A stretch of DNA of 63,051 nucleotides, counting the filler, from Octopus bimaculoides (taxonomy: Eukaryota), in NCBI RefSeq assembly GCF_001194135.2. It is 4 parts of 4 records of this genome, joined end to end, with 100 filler letters (N's around TTAATTAATTAA, not from the genome) between each part and the next. Parts side by side here need not be neighbours in the genome. Positions count along the whole stretch, not along the records: positions 1 to 28,489 come from NC_068985.1; positions 28,590 to 59,165 come from NC_068983.1; 2 more parts are not named here. One strand, given 5' to 3'. Shown in pieces: positions 24,439 to 37,643 of this stretch. The position numbers were made by a program, and so were the translations under genes. Position 1 is the stretch's first letter; each line of letters begins with the position of its first letter. The notes beneath the pieces are model-generated. The model saw nothing but the letters and a program-made list of their open reading frames with translations. It was not told the DNA's origin and did no database searches.

Positions 24439-25244
24439 ATTTTGAAAATCCAAAGGAAATCTGTCATTCACAAAAAATGTAGAGTTGCTAGTTGCTACCT
24501 GCGACCCGCAACCCCTAAGCTAAAACACGCAAATTGAGAACAAATGATTCGATCTACAAGTACGGTTAGCAATTCGTGCTTTAGACCTAAAAAGTGCACA
24601 CCGAATTTCACTGTTCTGCTAGTTTACAAGATTCCGATACAGCGAAATCATGTGAATCCTTACACCATATTCTAACTTTTTAAAACGCCAATGGGCTGGT
24701 TTCATAGGAAAAAAGTTAATAACAAAAAATAATTTTATCAATTTTCAGCAAGTAGACCAATCTTGCATACACTGCGTGGAACCTTGTAACGTTTTCAAAA
24801 GAAAATTAAATTTATGAACGTGTTGGTACTTTATAAATCGTTATCATATAAAAATGCAAATATTCGAAACTTCTTTTAGTCTTAAGAACTGTGCTCCCAC
24901 ACGCACACACACACATCACTGATTGAGCGATTAAATTAAGTGACTAATAAAGTGAGAGCGAACTCGTTTTGTTTCAACTTAAAACAAAGACCAAAAACCA
25001 AACTTCAGAAGCACCGCATCATTAAAAGAAAATTCAATGATATTAAATAAGAACCAAAAATGTAACGCTTCTAATGAGGTCAGAGTTCAGTGCCTTCGTG
25101 GTTTTTATTAAGTTGCAACAAAAAGAATTCAATGGCAAACTGCGTCGCAGCGGTTCGCGTTGGTCCGATTCTTATGACCTCACCTGCCTCTTAACACATG
25201 CGGCAGAAAGTGTTTAATCGTTAGAGGTATTATATTATTTTAGA

Positions 25245-25334
25245 GTACACTGAATACATTTTCGTCCCTAATCAGTTAAATTACCGCCCCCGCAACAATT
25301 TTGCTGCCAATCATTTTATTTCAGACCCGCCCCC
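25245..25334 (-). promoter_or_regulatory. Candidate TATA-less Pol II promoter (GC box - CCAAT - GC box - Inr-like)
   Basis: ccgccccc 25284-25291, ccaat 25307-25311, cccgccccc 25326-25334, minus-strand TCAGTG near 25250, and a CAG|GTGAG donor at 25184/25183. Confidence 0.3.
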
Positions 25335-25473
25335 AGGTGTTAGAATCTCCAGCGTTGAGTTTTCCTGATGTTGACAAAACGTTCATTGTACACACACACA
25401 CACACGTAAACACTTACATGCTCACGCACATGCATGTATATATGAATGTGTGTATGTCTGTGTATGCATATGC

Positions 25474-25523
<50 letters not shown>

Positions 25524-27870
25524 CTAGAGCAACGCGACGCGTAATAACGGAGGTGTAAGTTCATGTCTCATAGCCGGCCCCAACACTTTTTCTGAAAAGT
25601 AGGAGTAGCTTATCCAGTTCAGGCTATATTATTAGCATTATCCTGCGTGTGAGAATTTAAAATCACTTCTTTAACTTTCTAAGACATCTCAACGCTTCTA
25701 AAAGCAAAGTTTGTTTGTTTGTTTTCGTTCATCGTAATTTGAGATTATATATAAGTGTGTGTGTGAGCCTGTGTGTGCGTGAGTCAGTGTGTGTACATTG
25801 TGTGTACATTGTGTGTGTGTGTATGCATGTATACGTATTTGTTGCGGACATTGACCAAAAATTTCTATACCTTATAAAAATCTGAAATGTTGTCTGTAAT
25901 CTTCCTCTAAGTAGCTCAACCTCTGCATTTGCTGCTGGAAGCATCTGAGATGGAGGCAGTCTCATAAAGTTAATGGACTATTCTGAATCTTCTGAATTAA
26001 TATATTACTTATTATTTGTATGGGACTACGTATGATTTTCAACGAATTCAAGGTGTCATATCAGGTGATACGTAACCGATACATTAATAAACAGGTAATG
26101 CTAAACACCTTATATAGTTTACGAATATCTTTCTATGTATGAAATTGATTTTACCCTGATCAGCTTGCTTTTATTCTAAACCTGATGATCAATATATAAC
26201 CAAAATCAAATTGTAAGACAGTTTAAAGAGACACAGATTGATTTAACACAGATGTTATCCAGTCAAAATTTTGATTTTGCTAACAATGAAATTTTCAATT
26301 GCATCTTTACTCGAGATAATATGAAATGTCTGAGACGTTTACGACAGTCTGGGCCAATTTTAAAAAGTTAATGGAAGCTTACCAAGTAAGACAGTTTCTA
26401 AAGTAATCTATTATGATTATTCCAAGCGGAAAGAATACTATAAAATAAAGATAAGATATACTGTTAGATTAAAATGGTTTTCAATCAAATAAATCATTAG
26501 TGCATAAATATGGGTGAGCTTTGATGCGAATAATGATTAAGAGGCAGCGATTAAATATATATTTGAAATCTCACAAAAGGTTAGTCAAAAGAATATAATG
26601 TAAATAGTCTTGAAACAATTGTAGAGAGACTGTATCGTTAAGTAAATGAATCTGTACACAACGATATAGAGATGGATACAATATTGTAAATGAAATAACA
26701 ATGTAGGCTTTAGAAGTCTTCGTGTTGTAAGGCGAGGAATTTTAATTAAGATAAAACATTGACAAGTATAAGGCTTTTGTAAATAACTACGTAACGCTAT
26801 AAGAGTGTCAGGATGTGGAATGTACCGAGGACACCTCCTGCATGGCAGAACAATAATATAGAGGATTTAAACACAGATGCTTTAGTAAGACAAATAATTT
26901 TAGTTAATTAAAATTAATATCATTCTTCTGGAGAACAAATAATTAACAAAATGACTAAATTGTCCAAAAGTAAAGCAGGAAAGTAGTAAAGTCAATCCCG
27001 AAATTTAAGATAATTAAAGTTAATTAAATATGGTTTCAAAATCGAACATTATTTCTGACACAGTCTGTTAGTGGATGCTGCTAGTCCTTATTATGTGTAT
27101 AAGTGAAATCAACAATATTGTATCTGAAAGATTGACATTTATGACAGCTATTTCTAATTTTGTTACGACACTATACATCTCGTTATAATCGATTTGATGG
27201 ACACGTTCCAACCACACACTAACACACGTAAAATGTCAACTGAAGTTAATGGTTCTTGCCATTCCTAACGACTCAAAAACAGTATCATAACAAGCAGCAT
27301 ATTCGATATTTTTCCCTCTGCATTCATCACACATACGTTATACTGAATGGACCTACTGCAGAAACCACTCGGTTGCGTTTCATCATTACTATGACCTATC
27401 AGAGCTACATGATGATAAACACAACATACATAAATATCGAAAGTGGGGGAAGATATTCTTCCTGGTATACAAAGCATTGAACTATTTAAAGCTTCCATCT
27501 TGATAAATAAGGTCTAATCCTTTTTTAAAGCCAAATCGGGAAAACCCACTAATTATTAATAGTAATAAACTTTTGGCCAGATTCTACATTTTCGCAGCCA
27601 GTATGTTGTACGTCTTAAGAGGATGAAGAAGTAGGATTGTTCCCTGCATCCATCCATCGACCACCGGGTGGTTATGGATCGATTGATAAAAATGATTGCC
27701 AAAATAGGAAAAGAGGCCACCACAAAATTTCATCAGACGCACATGTAAGCTAGTGAGAATAAATGTATAATTATCCACAATCTATGTTCATTGTGTGTCT
27801 GTGTGTCTGTGTGTTTAACAAATGAGAAAAAGAGAGAATGGAATTCACGAGATTCTTTATTAATCACAAC

Positions 27871-28161
27871 GATCGTTTCGACCCATCTTGCATCGGCCTC
27901 TCGCAGATGAAAACCTGGACAACTGGTTGCGGAGCTTCATCATTCGGTGTGGATGTGTCAGGTCAGGTGATATTTTAACAAGTTTGTAATAACATTCCAA
28001 ACCACAATACCCTGTATCCAACCAGCAACAGGCAAATAAGGAAAGAAATGTATAATTATGGAAGTAAACAAAACCCAGTTTGTTGAGCAAATGATGCACC
28101 GCAACCAGTTGTCCGGAATCTCATTCGCAAGTGACTGATGTAAAAATAGCTCGAAACGATC
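27871..28161. repeat. Diverged fold-back, ~75-bp arms, with hammerhead-like remnants at the outer ends
   Basis: ggacaactggttgcgg (27917-27932) mirrors ccgcaaccagttgtcc (28099-28114). gatcgtttcga (27871) mirrors tcgaaacgatc (28151-28161). Confidence 0.7.
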
Positions 28162-28407
28162 TTCCTGAACAATAAAGAATACTTTTCTATATTTAGATAT
28201 TCTAAATAAATTTTGAAAGTTATGTTATGCAATATTTAAATACTTTTAACAACTTTTATTGTAAGTAAAATGGGCATAATGCCCATTTTACTTCAATATT
28301 TGCCTTAGGAATACAATTCAACATCGTACAGACCGGGCCGAATTCAGGGAGACCCACTAGTATATATGTATGTATGTATGTATCTATCTATACATACATG
28401 CACACAT

Positions 28408-28440
<33 letters not shown>

Positions 28441-28683
28441 CGCACGCTTACACCCCCCACACACATATTTATGTATATATATATATATANNNNNNNNNNN
28501 NNNNNNNNNNNNNNNNNNNNNNNNNNNNNNNNNTTAATTAATTAANNNNNNNNNNNNNNNNNNNNNNNNNNNNNNNNNNNNNNNNNNNNTATATATATAT
28601 GTAATCTCTATAGACGTACGTAATTCTTCTCACAAATACTCTTACATGTACACAAATTTGTCAGGAGATGGACTGATAGAAAT

Positions 28684-28845
28684 ATTATTGGTTTCAAATT
28701 TTTGCAATTTTGCGGAAGGGGTTAAGTCGATTACATCGGTCCCAGTGCTTAACTGCTACTTATTATATCGACCCAGAAAGGATGAAAGGCAAAGTTGGCC
28801 TCGGCGGAATTTGAACTCAGAATGTAAAGACAGTCAAAATGCCGC
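28684..28845 (-). mobile_element. SINE family A
   Basis: ggatgaaaggcaaagttggcctcggcggaatttgaactcagaa. Confidence 0.75.
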
Positions 28846-28849
28846 TGGA

Positions 28850-29439
28850 GGCAAATTCTCGCTTATTAGAAAGCGAAACGATCCAGGTTACACGACGAAA
28901 ACAGTGAAGTTTTGGGGAAAGAGTCTGTTGCTTTAGGAATACATAAAAATCGATGGTTCAAGAAAGTTGATTAAAATTGACGCTGACTTGAATAGTGCCA
29001 AATTCCTCCAGTTGCTGAAGGACAATTTCATACCAGACTTGGATGAAAGTGAGATTTTTCAGCGTGACGGAGCTCCATGCCACAGATCGCGTGCAACTCA
29101 ACAGAGTCTGGCTGATGAAGGTGCTACCGTATTGAATGATTCGGCAGCTCAGAGCGCTGACTTAAACATCATCGAGCAAATATGGACGGAGTTAAAGAGA
29201 AGAGTTCGTCAGAAGAATCCACGCAATCTTGAAGAGTCGTGTGAGCTCAGCCACAGAGATTGGCTTCTCATACCTGTGAAGATGACGAAGGATTTCCATG
29301 CATCTCTTCCCAGGCGCATTGAAGCAATTATTTAAGCTAAGGGAAGCCACATGGAATATCAACAATGTACAGTTTCTTCTTGAAATGTACATTATGTAAT
29401 AAATTTTCATTATAGATATTTTTCAGTTTTAGAACACTG
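28850..29439 (+). mobile_element. Tc1-family transposon 3' half, D35E spacing, with right terminus
   Basis: ORF 28967-29335: FQRDGAPCHRSRATQ...VLNDSAAQSADLNIIEQIW...LPRRIEAII*AKGSH. Ends ...agaacactg followed by TA. Confidence 0.85.
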
Positions 29440-29962
29440 TATTTTGATTGGTTTATGTGAGGTGGACGAAAACCTTTGCACGGCCATTTTTGGTGGTCGT
29501 CTTGCATCTTCCTCTCTCATTCAGAACACCTACTGCAAAATATAATGACTAGGTATGGAAATAACTCCAATAGGGCCAATGTTTCATCTGTAAAAAACGC
29601 AATGCGAAACATCCACTTATAAGTTGGCAGTTATTAGAAATTTACAGTAGTTTAAAGTGGCCGAAGGCATTTACACGTCACTGTACACATCTTTATCATC
29701 TAATTGCAATTTTAGTCTAGGGACCTGCTGAGGTACTTCCCTTCAGGGTTTTGTGGATCCCATCACCTCAGTAATTATTTTAAGACTGTGTGTTTGTGTG
29801 TGTGTGTGCGTGCTCAAACGCGCATACATATTTATCCGGAACTTCGTTACTACCGCTTAAATTTATATTTCAGGAAGATAGACATGGTAACTGTGTGTTT
29901 GTACAACAGTAGAAACCATTTCTGTGCCTCTGTATATATATGCATTTATGTAAGTCTTTGTG

Positions 29963-29995
<33 letters not shown>

Positions 29996-30099
29996 GTGCG
30001 CGTATATGTGTGTGCGTGTGTGTGTGTGTGTTCCTTTGAGTATGAGCATGAGAGGAAGTCTACGTACTAAATTGATTCTTTGCAGCGTTCCTTCTTCCT

Positions 30100-30148
<49 letters not shown>

Positions 30149-30277
30149 CTAAAATTCTCTCTTGTTTAGTACAGGGAATTATTCATTTTTTCTTCTTTTA
30201 ATTACAGTTATCATGTATGGAATGTATCTCATTAATATTTCACAGCAGCTGTGTAGGTAGATAAGTTATCTACTTAC

Positions 30278-30444
30278 TTTGTCACTCGATTCGATGAGGA
30301 CGCCTCTTGCAATATTTAGACATAGTATGCTAGAGATAGCAACCTGGTTTCCTTCAAATAACATTTCATCTACGAAGTGTATGTTTACTCTACTTTCATA
30401 AACAACAGAATGGTCACGGTAGGTTGTTCTCTGATAAATCGGAA
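30278..30444 (-). CDS. Candidate internal coding exon (167 bp, phase 1 to 0) of an unidentified protein
   Basis: Strong acceptor (ttgttctttattctaatttcag) and donor (AAA|gtaagt). One open frame only: xPIYQRTTYRDHSVVYESRVNIHFVDEMLFEGNQVAISSILCLNIARGVLIESSDK. Product not recognised. Confidence 0.5.
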
Positions 30445-31869
30445 CTGAAATTAGAATAAAGAACAAGATCATCAACAACAGCTAAAATATTTTATTAAAT
30501 TCCATCCTGCTATGTTGAAAAAATATACGCATTGAGTAAAGTTTTGCTTTTAAGATAAATAATAGAGTGGAAAAAAGATCATATTTTAACAAATATACCG
30601 TTCCTTTTACGCTTAAACATGAAAAGGAATGATCTTCAGGACTCCTGATGAGACCTTCACGTAAGTAATTCTGTCACATATTCCATTTAGATCCACTATG
30701 CTAAACCCGCAGATGTTCTCAAAATTTGGATCTATGATGCGAAATTAAAAATATAGAAATCTGAATAAATCCCTGGCTAGTACTTCCGAACTGATATAAT
30801 TTAAAATTATGAAATTTGAAGTTAAGGAAATTATTCCTCTCTCATACAGTTGCCAACGGTAAAATTATAGCTCGGGTATTAAAACGCAGCGCTGATTTAA
30901 CTTGTAACATCTTCACGAAAAGTTATCCAAATTCAATGAATTTTCGTCTCCGTATCTTGTACAGCAGCCTCTTTTTTCTGGTAACACAATTTCTCCCCAG
31001 ATGGGCAGGATTTAATTATCAATGAGAGAGTGGTCCATATTTAACCACCCTTTGGTTAACGTTTCTTTCAGCTCTATAAGTACAATTTTTGACGATATTG
31101 CATGGAGCCTTTTATTGAGTTGTTACTATACCATTGGATTGATATCGCGTCTTTAAGCAACTTATTTCTGAAGTTTGATTCCGTGAGTTCTTTCCAAGTT
31201 TGTGTTTGAAAAGCTTGATCTTCTTATGAATTTCTACATTAGAATATGTCTAATAAACTCTTTATAAATAGTTAAAATATTTTGTCCATTTTCTCATTCA
31301 GTAGCAATCTGTGTGCTACGATATCAAATATATATTAACATTTAATTCTTCTAAAAATTTATGACATTAATAGTTGCTTGTATTTACCTGTATGTCAGCC
31401 ATGATTGGGCAGCTCTATGGTCCAGGCGCCCCTTCTTTGTATGCCTCAATGCATACAAATATTTGTTAGCGTAAACCTAATAGTTTTCAGTTCGATAGAC
31501 AAATAAAAGCTCCATTTCATGTATGTGGGGCCGTCTTAGCCAGCGTTTGTCTAATTAATCTTACGCTAACATACACATGTACGCAGCTATTCAAGTTCTT
31601 TGTATGTGTTCATCTTTCTTTCCGTACATCTACACACACACATACACATATACACATACATACATACATACATACATACAACCAACAGTATGAATAACAA
31701 GCTAATTAGATTACAGATTCAAGCTATCAATGGAGTTGTAAAAATTTATAAAACGTTCCAGAAGTTTAATATTTAAGCATATACGTGCATGTCAAGATAT
31801 GCGACTATATAGATGAGAATACACCCATAAAACAAAACATGCAAAACAACACATACACACAAAAACAAT

Positions 31870-32133
31870 CTTTATTTGTTTCCGAAATTAGACTACGACC
31901 GTGATGGAGCACCACCTTGAAGAGTATTTTTGTCGAATGAATGATTCGACACTAGTACTTTATTTTTTAAGCATGACGCTGATTCTATCGCTGTCTTTTG
32001 TAGAACTGCTAAGTTACGGGAACGTAAAAACACTAACACCAGTTGTGAAACGGTAGTTGGGTACAAACACTATTATAAACACACGCAAGCACGCACGCAC
32101 ACACGCACGCACATACATACATACATACATACA

Positions 32134-32189
<56 letters not shown>

Positions 32190-32333
32190 NNNNNNNNNNN
32201 NNNNNNNNNNNNNNNNNNNNNNNNNNNNNNNNNNNNNNNNNNNNNNNNNNNNNNNNNNNNNNNNNNNNNNNNNNNNNNNNNNNNNNNNNNNNNNNNNNNN
32301 NNNNNNNNNNNNNNNNNNNNNNNNNNNNNTATA

Positions 32334-32370
<37 letters not shown>

Positions 32371-32521
32371 GACGCGCTTCTTTCGGTTTCTGCCCACCAA
32401 AGCCACTCATAAGGCTTTGAACGGTGGGAGGCTACAGTTGAAAACACCTGCTCAACGTGCGACGCAGAGGGATTGAATCCGGAACTATGCAGTTGAGGAG
32501 CAAGCTTCTTACGAATCAGCC
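31870..32521 (-). mobile_element. SINE family C split by an expanded (CATA)n/(TA)n microsatellite and gap
   Basis: Tail at 31870-32070 (gatggagcaccaccttga) and head at 32368-32521 (ggctgattcgtaagaagcttgctcctcaactgcatagttccggattcaatccc). Confidence 0.7.
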
Positions 32522-32648
32522 ATGCCTTGCTGTTGAAATTCCAAAGAAGGAACATTTGGTCTACGTTAGAAACCGATTCTTTCTTCATTGACAAGAAATC
32601 TTGAAATAAAACTGAATAATAACATATATACTTCTATGCATGCATACA

Positions 32649-32679
<31 letters not shown>

Positions 32680-35600
32680 TTGCATCCATACGCACGTAAT
32701 ACATACATACATACATACATATATACACCTTCACCCTTCTGTCAGCATGAAGCAGTTCCGTCAAGCTAACATGAAGCCGTCGAGCAGGACAGGAGCTGGC
32801 TTCTTTGTGAAAGTCTATCAGAAGCACGCCTTTTCTAAGTAGTGGGGGGTATGCATGTATGTATGCATGTATATATATATATATTGATATTTGATATAGC
32901 CAGTACATACATGCATACAGCTTCACCCTTGATACTTCAGTTGGACTAAGATATATATGTATTTTTGTTTGAGTATAATATGTATTAGGTCCGAATGAAT
33001 GGCTTTGAAATTTTATGATGCGATAAACATTTCCAGCAAACTGATGTAATTATTACTATAATTATTGCCAGTTAACTAGAGCAGAGTAGCATTACATTAT
33101 TTTATGACCTGATGAGTCTAAGCCGAAGATGAACATCAGTAAGTAGTGAAGCTTCGTGAAATTACTTATGGAGCTGCACATGAAATAATGGTCAACTAAC
33201 AATGCACTAAAATGATAATAAAATTTAACTATAAATTACTGAATATTTTTTTTGTTCCTAATATATATTTAAACATTACCTTAGACACAGTTGCAATATT
33301 AAGCGTTTTGCAACAGCGTATATAACTTGACAAACAACGCCTTGTCAACTAATTACATGCCAATCACTAATTCCGTTGAAATTATTATCAACCAGGGAAT
33401 ATTTCTTTGCTTTTAGAAATGTTCCTGAAATTACAACTCAGTCTGAAAAACAGAAAGATGATGAAACGAAAATGAATTTAGTTACACAAAACGACTTGAT
33501 GGTCAGATGTTCATATGTAAAAAAAAAACTTTTTGTCCATGGTGCGATTGAACAGCGCTGGTGCAATGTTAAGAAACAACAAGCATTGAAATTGTATACA
33601 AAATTAGCTTAGCATTATTTAAATATTAATATCAGTCGATAGAACTGTTTAAGGTAATCTTTAATTTTAGCAGTCATAGGAAAACGTTTGTCTTAGTGTA
33701 TATTACACTTTTGTTTTTAAGTTCATATCACAGAATTACATTTTGTTTTAAGCTGACGTGCAATATTAAGTGGTGACCCGTTTATAATTGCAGTTTCTTT
33801 GCGTCTCATCATATATCATGTAGTATTGATATATGCATATATCTAAAATACTTGTTTAGCGATGAATTTTGTTGTGTGAAATGCGGTTTAATGCCTGATA
33901 ATATAATTACTTTTGAATAAAATAAGTCAAGATGAATATCAATAAGAAAATGCAAAGGCAGGTTGAAGTTGACCGCACTGAAACATTTATTACTGTGGCT
34001 AAAGTGAAACAGCAAACTGGTAGGACATTAATAATTGTCAGTACATTACATAGATTTAAACCATTATAGAATTTGAAGATGAAAGGTTAGAAAAACGTGA
34101 AGCATAGCATCAAAGATTCTAGTGACAATTCTGTTCTAAACCTAGGGAAAATGCAAAACATAGCGTCAAAGATTCTGGTTACAATTCTGTTCTTGCTGAA
34201 ACTGCAAACTGAAGACACTGCTCCCATTGTCGAAAATCTCCAAAACTCGCTCGTAGCAAACTCAGCACCTTAAGGAATTAGCAAGAAAAACCAATCCTTA
34301 AATAGCTGATGTAGGGACGTTACGCTTGACCATCACGTTAAGAGGTGGACAATCCAAGTAAAACTAAATGGACTGGACCACCACGTGATAAACCAAAAAG
34401 AGGTAGCTAAAAGTAAAAGAAAAAACACAAATTGGATAGCTAAAGGTCAAGAGCGATCATTCTTCTACTACAACTTGCTAGATTATTATTTGTGATTTTG
34501 TAATAGACGACCTTCTTTCTTCAGTTGCATCAGAATCTCCATAACTGAGATACACCCCCAGCTGAAAATTGCTATTGGCCATGTAAATTATCACTTGTTA
34601 CATATTCTCTCATATTTTCTGCACAAACAGAAATAGCTCTTTCACAAACATATAACATAGACAGTGAACTCACTGGATTCTTTCCGACTAAACAGGACGT
34701 CTGTAATTATAACTGAAGTTTTGTCCAATTCATCTCTAATATGCAGCTTTTAGATTTGGTAAATCAATCAGGCCACTTCAAAACTAGACCTTAATACCTA
34801 AAGCTGAGCATATCTGCCTCTTTGTTTCTTTTTATTCGCCGTTATTTCGCAGGTATTCTAACCTCAAAGTTTCCCTGCAATAGGAAGAGAGGTATAAAGT
34901 GTTTCTTTAATAGTTGTTTTCCTAAAGTGTGAAATTTGTACTTCCCGATACGACTCACGACACATTGTCGCTTGATTTATTTGCTATTCTGCAAGCATGT
35001 AACTTCTTTTTAAAGTTCAGAGATCAACTGGAAAACAATGACAGTTTTATATACCTAAAATCTTTACTAAAAATATAAAATAACTATATATCTAAAAATA
35101 AAACAAGAAAAAATTATCCCTTCATTAATAATTTTAATTCATTTAAATGATACAAAATGAAATCGAAACATGTATATAAAAATTTGACACAAATACAATG
35201 CATAGCAGAAAAAAAATACTGCATAATATTTATGAAAAGTCTAATTTATAAGATGAAATAGTTTTTTGGTGGTTTCTGACCCGAGAAAGTCATTTCAAAA
35301 AATTATGTTAAGCCATGTGTGCTTCTTTTGCTACACTTTGACAATGGAAATGTGATTTCAATTAATTACACCTATTGTGTGAAAAAATCTGATTTATTTC
35401 TAATTTTTGGTTTCCATCCTTCTTAATATTAATTATTTGCTCTTGGATTATGAATGAACGGTATTTTATTTCACAGTTTTTATTTTGTAAAGCGCATATT
35501 TTTCACATTTTTTTAATATAACATTTATCCTTGAATATAGAAAATAACAATAATTCGACAGTTTAAAAATATCTGTCAAGTATCATAGAATAACATCAAT

Positions 35601-37643
35601 TTCTGATCTTAAAATAGAATTGCAAAATTCCTAACCTCTTCTTCTAAGAAAATTGTTTTAATTTTTGTTTCTACCACATATAAGAGGATTTTGCCTTGAG
35701 GTAATCAAAACGTTTCTATGAAAATCAGATACTTATGTTTGGCTTCTCATTGAATTAGAAACTATTTTAAAGAAAATATTTTAAATTAACCTCTTCGTTA
35801 TATGCATTAAAACCAAAATACTAAAAATAGTATTCATTTTTCAAACTGCTTTATTTAAATCTATAATTCAAAATATAATTCAATGAGAAATTTTAAAATA
35901 CTCAATCATTTAACATTAAATATAACACCAGAAAATCCAATTATTTCTCTTTTACTAAACAAATAAAATAAAATGTAAAATTTAAATATTTTCAAATGTT
36001 TCAGTAAATATAATAGATAAAATGTAAATATATATAAGCATAATTTACATGATAAACATTGTTTATATAAATTGCTAATTGCTGCATATCACTAGTAGGA
36101 GTAGAGAGTTTTGGATGAATTATCTCCACTATCGACATTTTAACATTCGCACCATTATCGCCGACCTGAAGATGATGAATGCATTTAGATAAGTAGGCAA
36201 GTGATTAGATTATAGTTAACTATGCATAAGAAAATATAGTTGCATATCAAGAATTTTAAAATACATCCTAATATTATTCTTACCCACTCATCTCAATTCA
36301 AGTATAAACAGATGAACTACCAAATATATCTGTCAAGCGTTCGCATACATTACTGTGGAAGATTGGGATTTTTATTCATAACAAAATGTTAAAGACATGT
36401 TTTATATTTACTTCATCAATGGACTCGTAGTTAACCCTGAGATATAAAATGTCATTCAAACCGTAAAAATAAAAGGAACGCTCTTTATGATCAATATAGG
36501 TGTACGTGTACCTGTTTTCTTTTCCGTGTTTTGTTTATTATTCTGTATTTGCAGCAAATGGATTAGTTTTGATTAGAAAAAAAAAAGTTCTTAAATTCAA
36601 GTGCCTTATGCCTCCATATGAAATTGTAAGGAGACTTCGCTGTAATAATAGTGAGAAAAATCAGGAAAACATAAGCTTTCAAACAAGATGTTATAAAAAA
36701 TAGCATTATTCTAAAACTTTTGAGTAGCATAGAATACATAAACATGTAACATAACAAAACAAATAGTATACGAGAAAAATATTAACACAACATGGTTAAT
36801 AAATACTTTTTATACCACATGCATTTTCCCAAGCATAATGGTGGCTCTGAGAAGAAATCTGTCATGCCACATGTATTACCCTTAAGGTATAATGTTATGC
36901 TTGTACGCCTATCTTTAATTTTTAAAATGCAATTTAGTGAAGTATCATCAATTGGTAAAGCAAAATTTGTTATAGCTGTGCATTAAGTATATTTTATAGA
37001 AATAGAAATTAAATTATACTACAGTCGAGTGAAATTAAGTACACGAAGGCTTTGAAGGTTTGATAAAATAGGAGATAAATATTAACTTCTAGGAATTACT
37101 ATCTTTTTTGAGTAACTATTCATCTAGTCGCATTAAATCGTGCAATTGAATTATAGAAGTAATTTTCGTTTTCAAGTAGAATAATATTCAAATCCTTGAG
37201 AAAAGTTATAGAAACTAGCAGTGAAAGCTACCAACAACTCTAAAAGAATCTCTGCGTCTCAACACGAATAAATTATTTTATAAAATATACAATGCCACTT
37301 GTTTGTCAATACAGTTTTATATTTTAAATCTTATCCATGAAAATGATTTCTTGCATGAATAAAAGTCCCTTGATATGTATAGTAAAAATAGAACTGAAAT
37401 AATCACCAAATAATTCACTCAGGGCGTAGGCTAAGTGAAATAGCTTTAACCAAGAATCGATACCAGATCGAAAAATTACCTTCCTAAATTTTGATTTCTT
37501 AATTAATGATCTAAAAAAAAAAACGAACTAATATTGATTTCTACTATTAAGAAGGAAAAAATAGCAAACTCTTGGTACACTTCAAGAGACCAAAACGTGT
37601 ATCATAACAGAAAAGGAGTACTTTTCTTGTCAGTTACTTTTTA

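Noticed and set aside
27598-27745. Plus-strand exon-like segment (EDEEVGLFPASIHRPPGGYGSIDK...SDAH|gtaagc)
   Set aside because: The good acceptor gives stops in all frames, the open frame needs a poor acceptor, and it conflicts with a minus-strand reading; unresolved.
28534-28545. TTAATTAATTAA centred between 44-N runs (also 59210-59221 and 61123-61134)
   Set aside because: Identical 100-bp construct with stops in all six frames: an assembly spacer, not biology.
33108-33135. CTGATGAG...CCGAAG hammerhead-like string (also ctgatga at 26183 and 30645, and ttgatgg...gaaacatgcc at 54298-54330)
   Set aside because: No GAAA partner or no stem I/II pairing; compatible with chance.
34250-34830. Possible additional LINE remnant
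   Set aside because: No diagnostic RT or endonuclease motif could be read.
33418-36900. Several plus-strand micro-exon candidates (33418, 34524, 34851, 36554)
   Set aside because: Short AT-rich open frames with weak donors; no recognisable product and no consistent phase chain.
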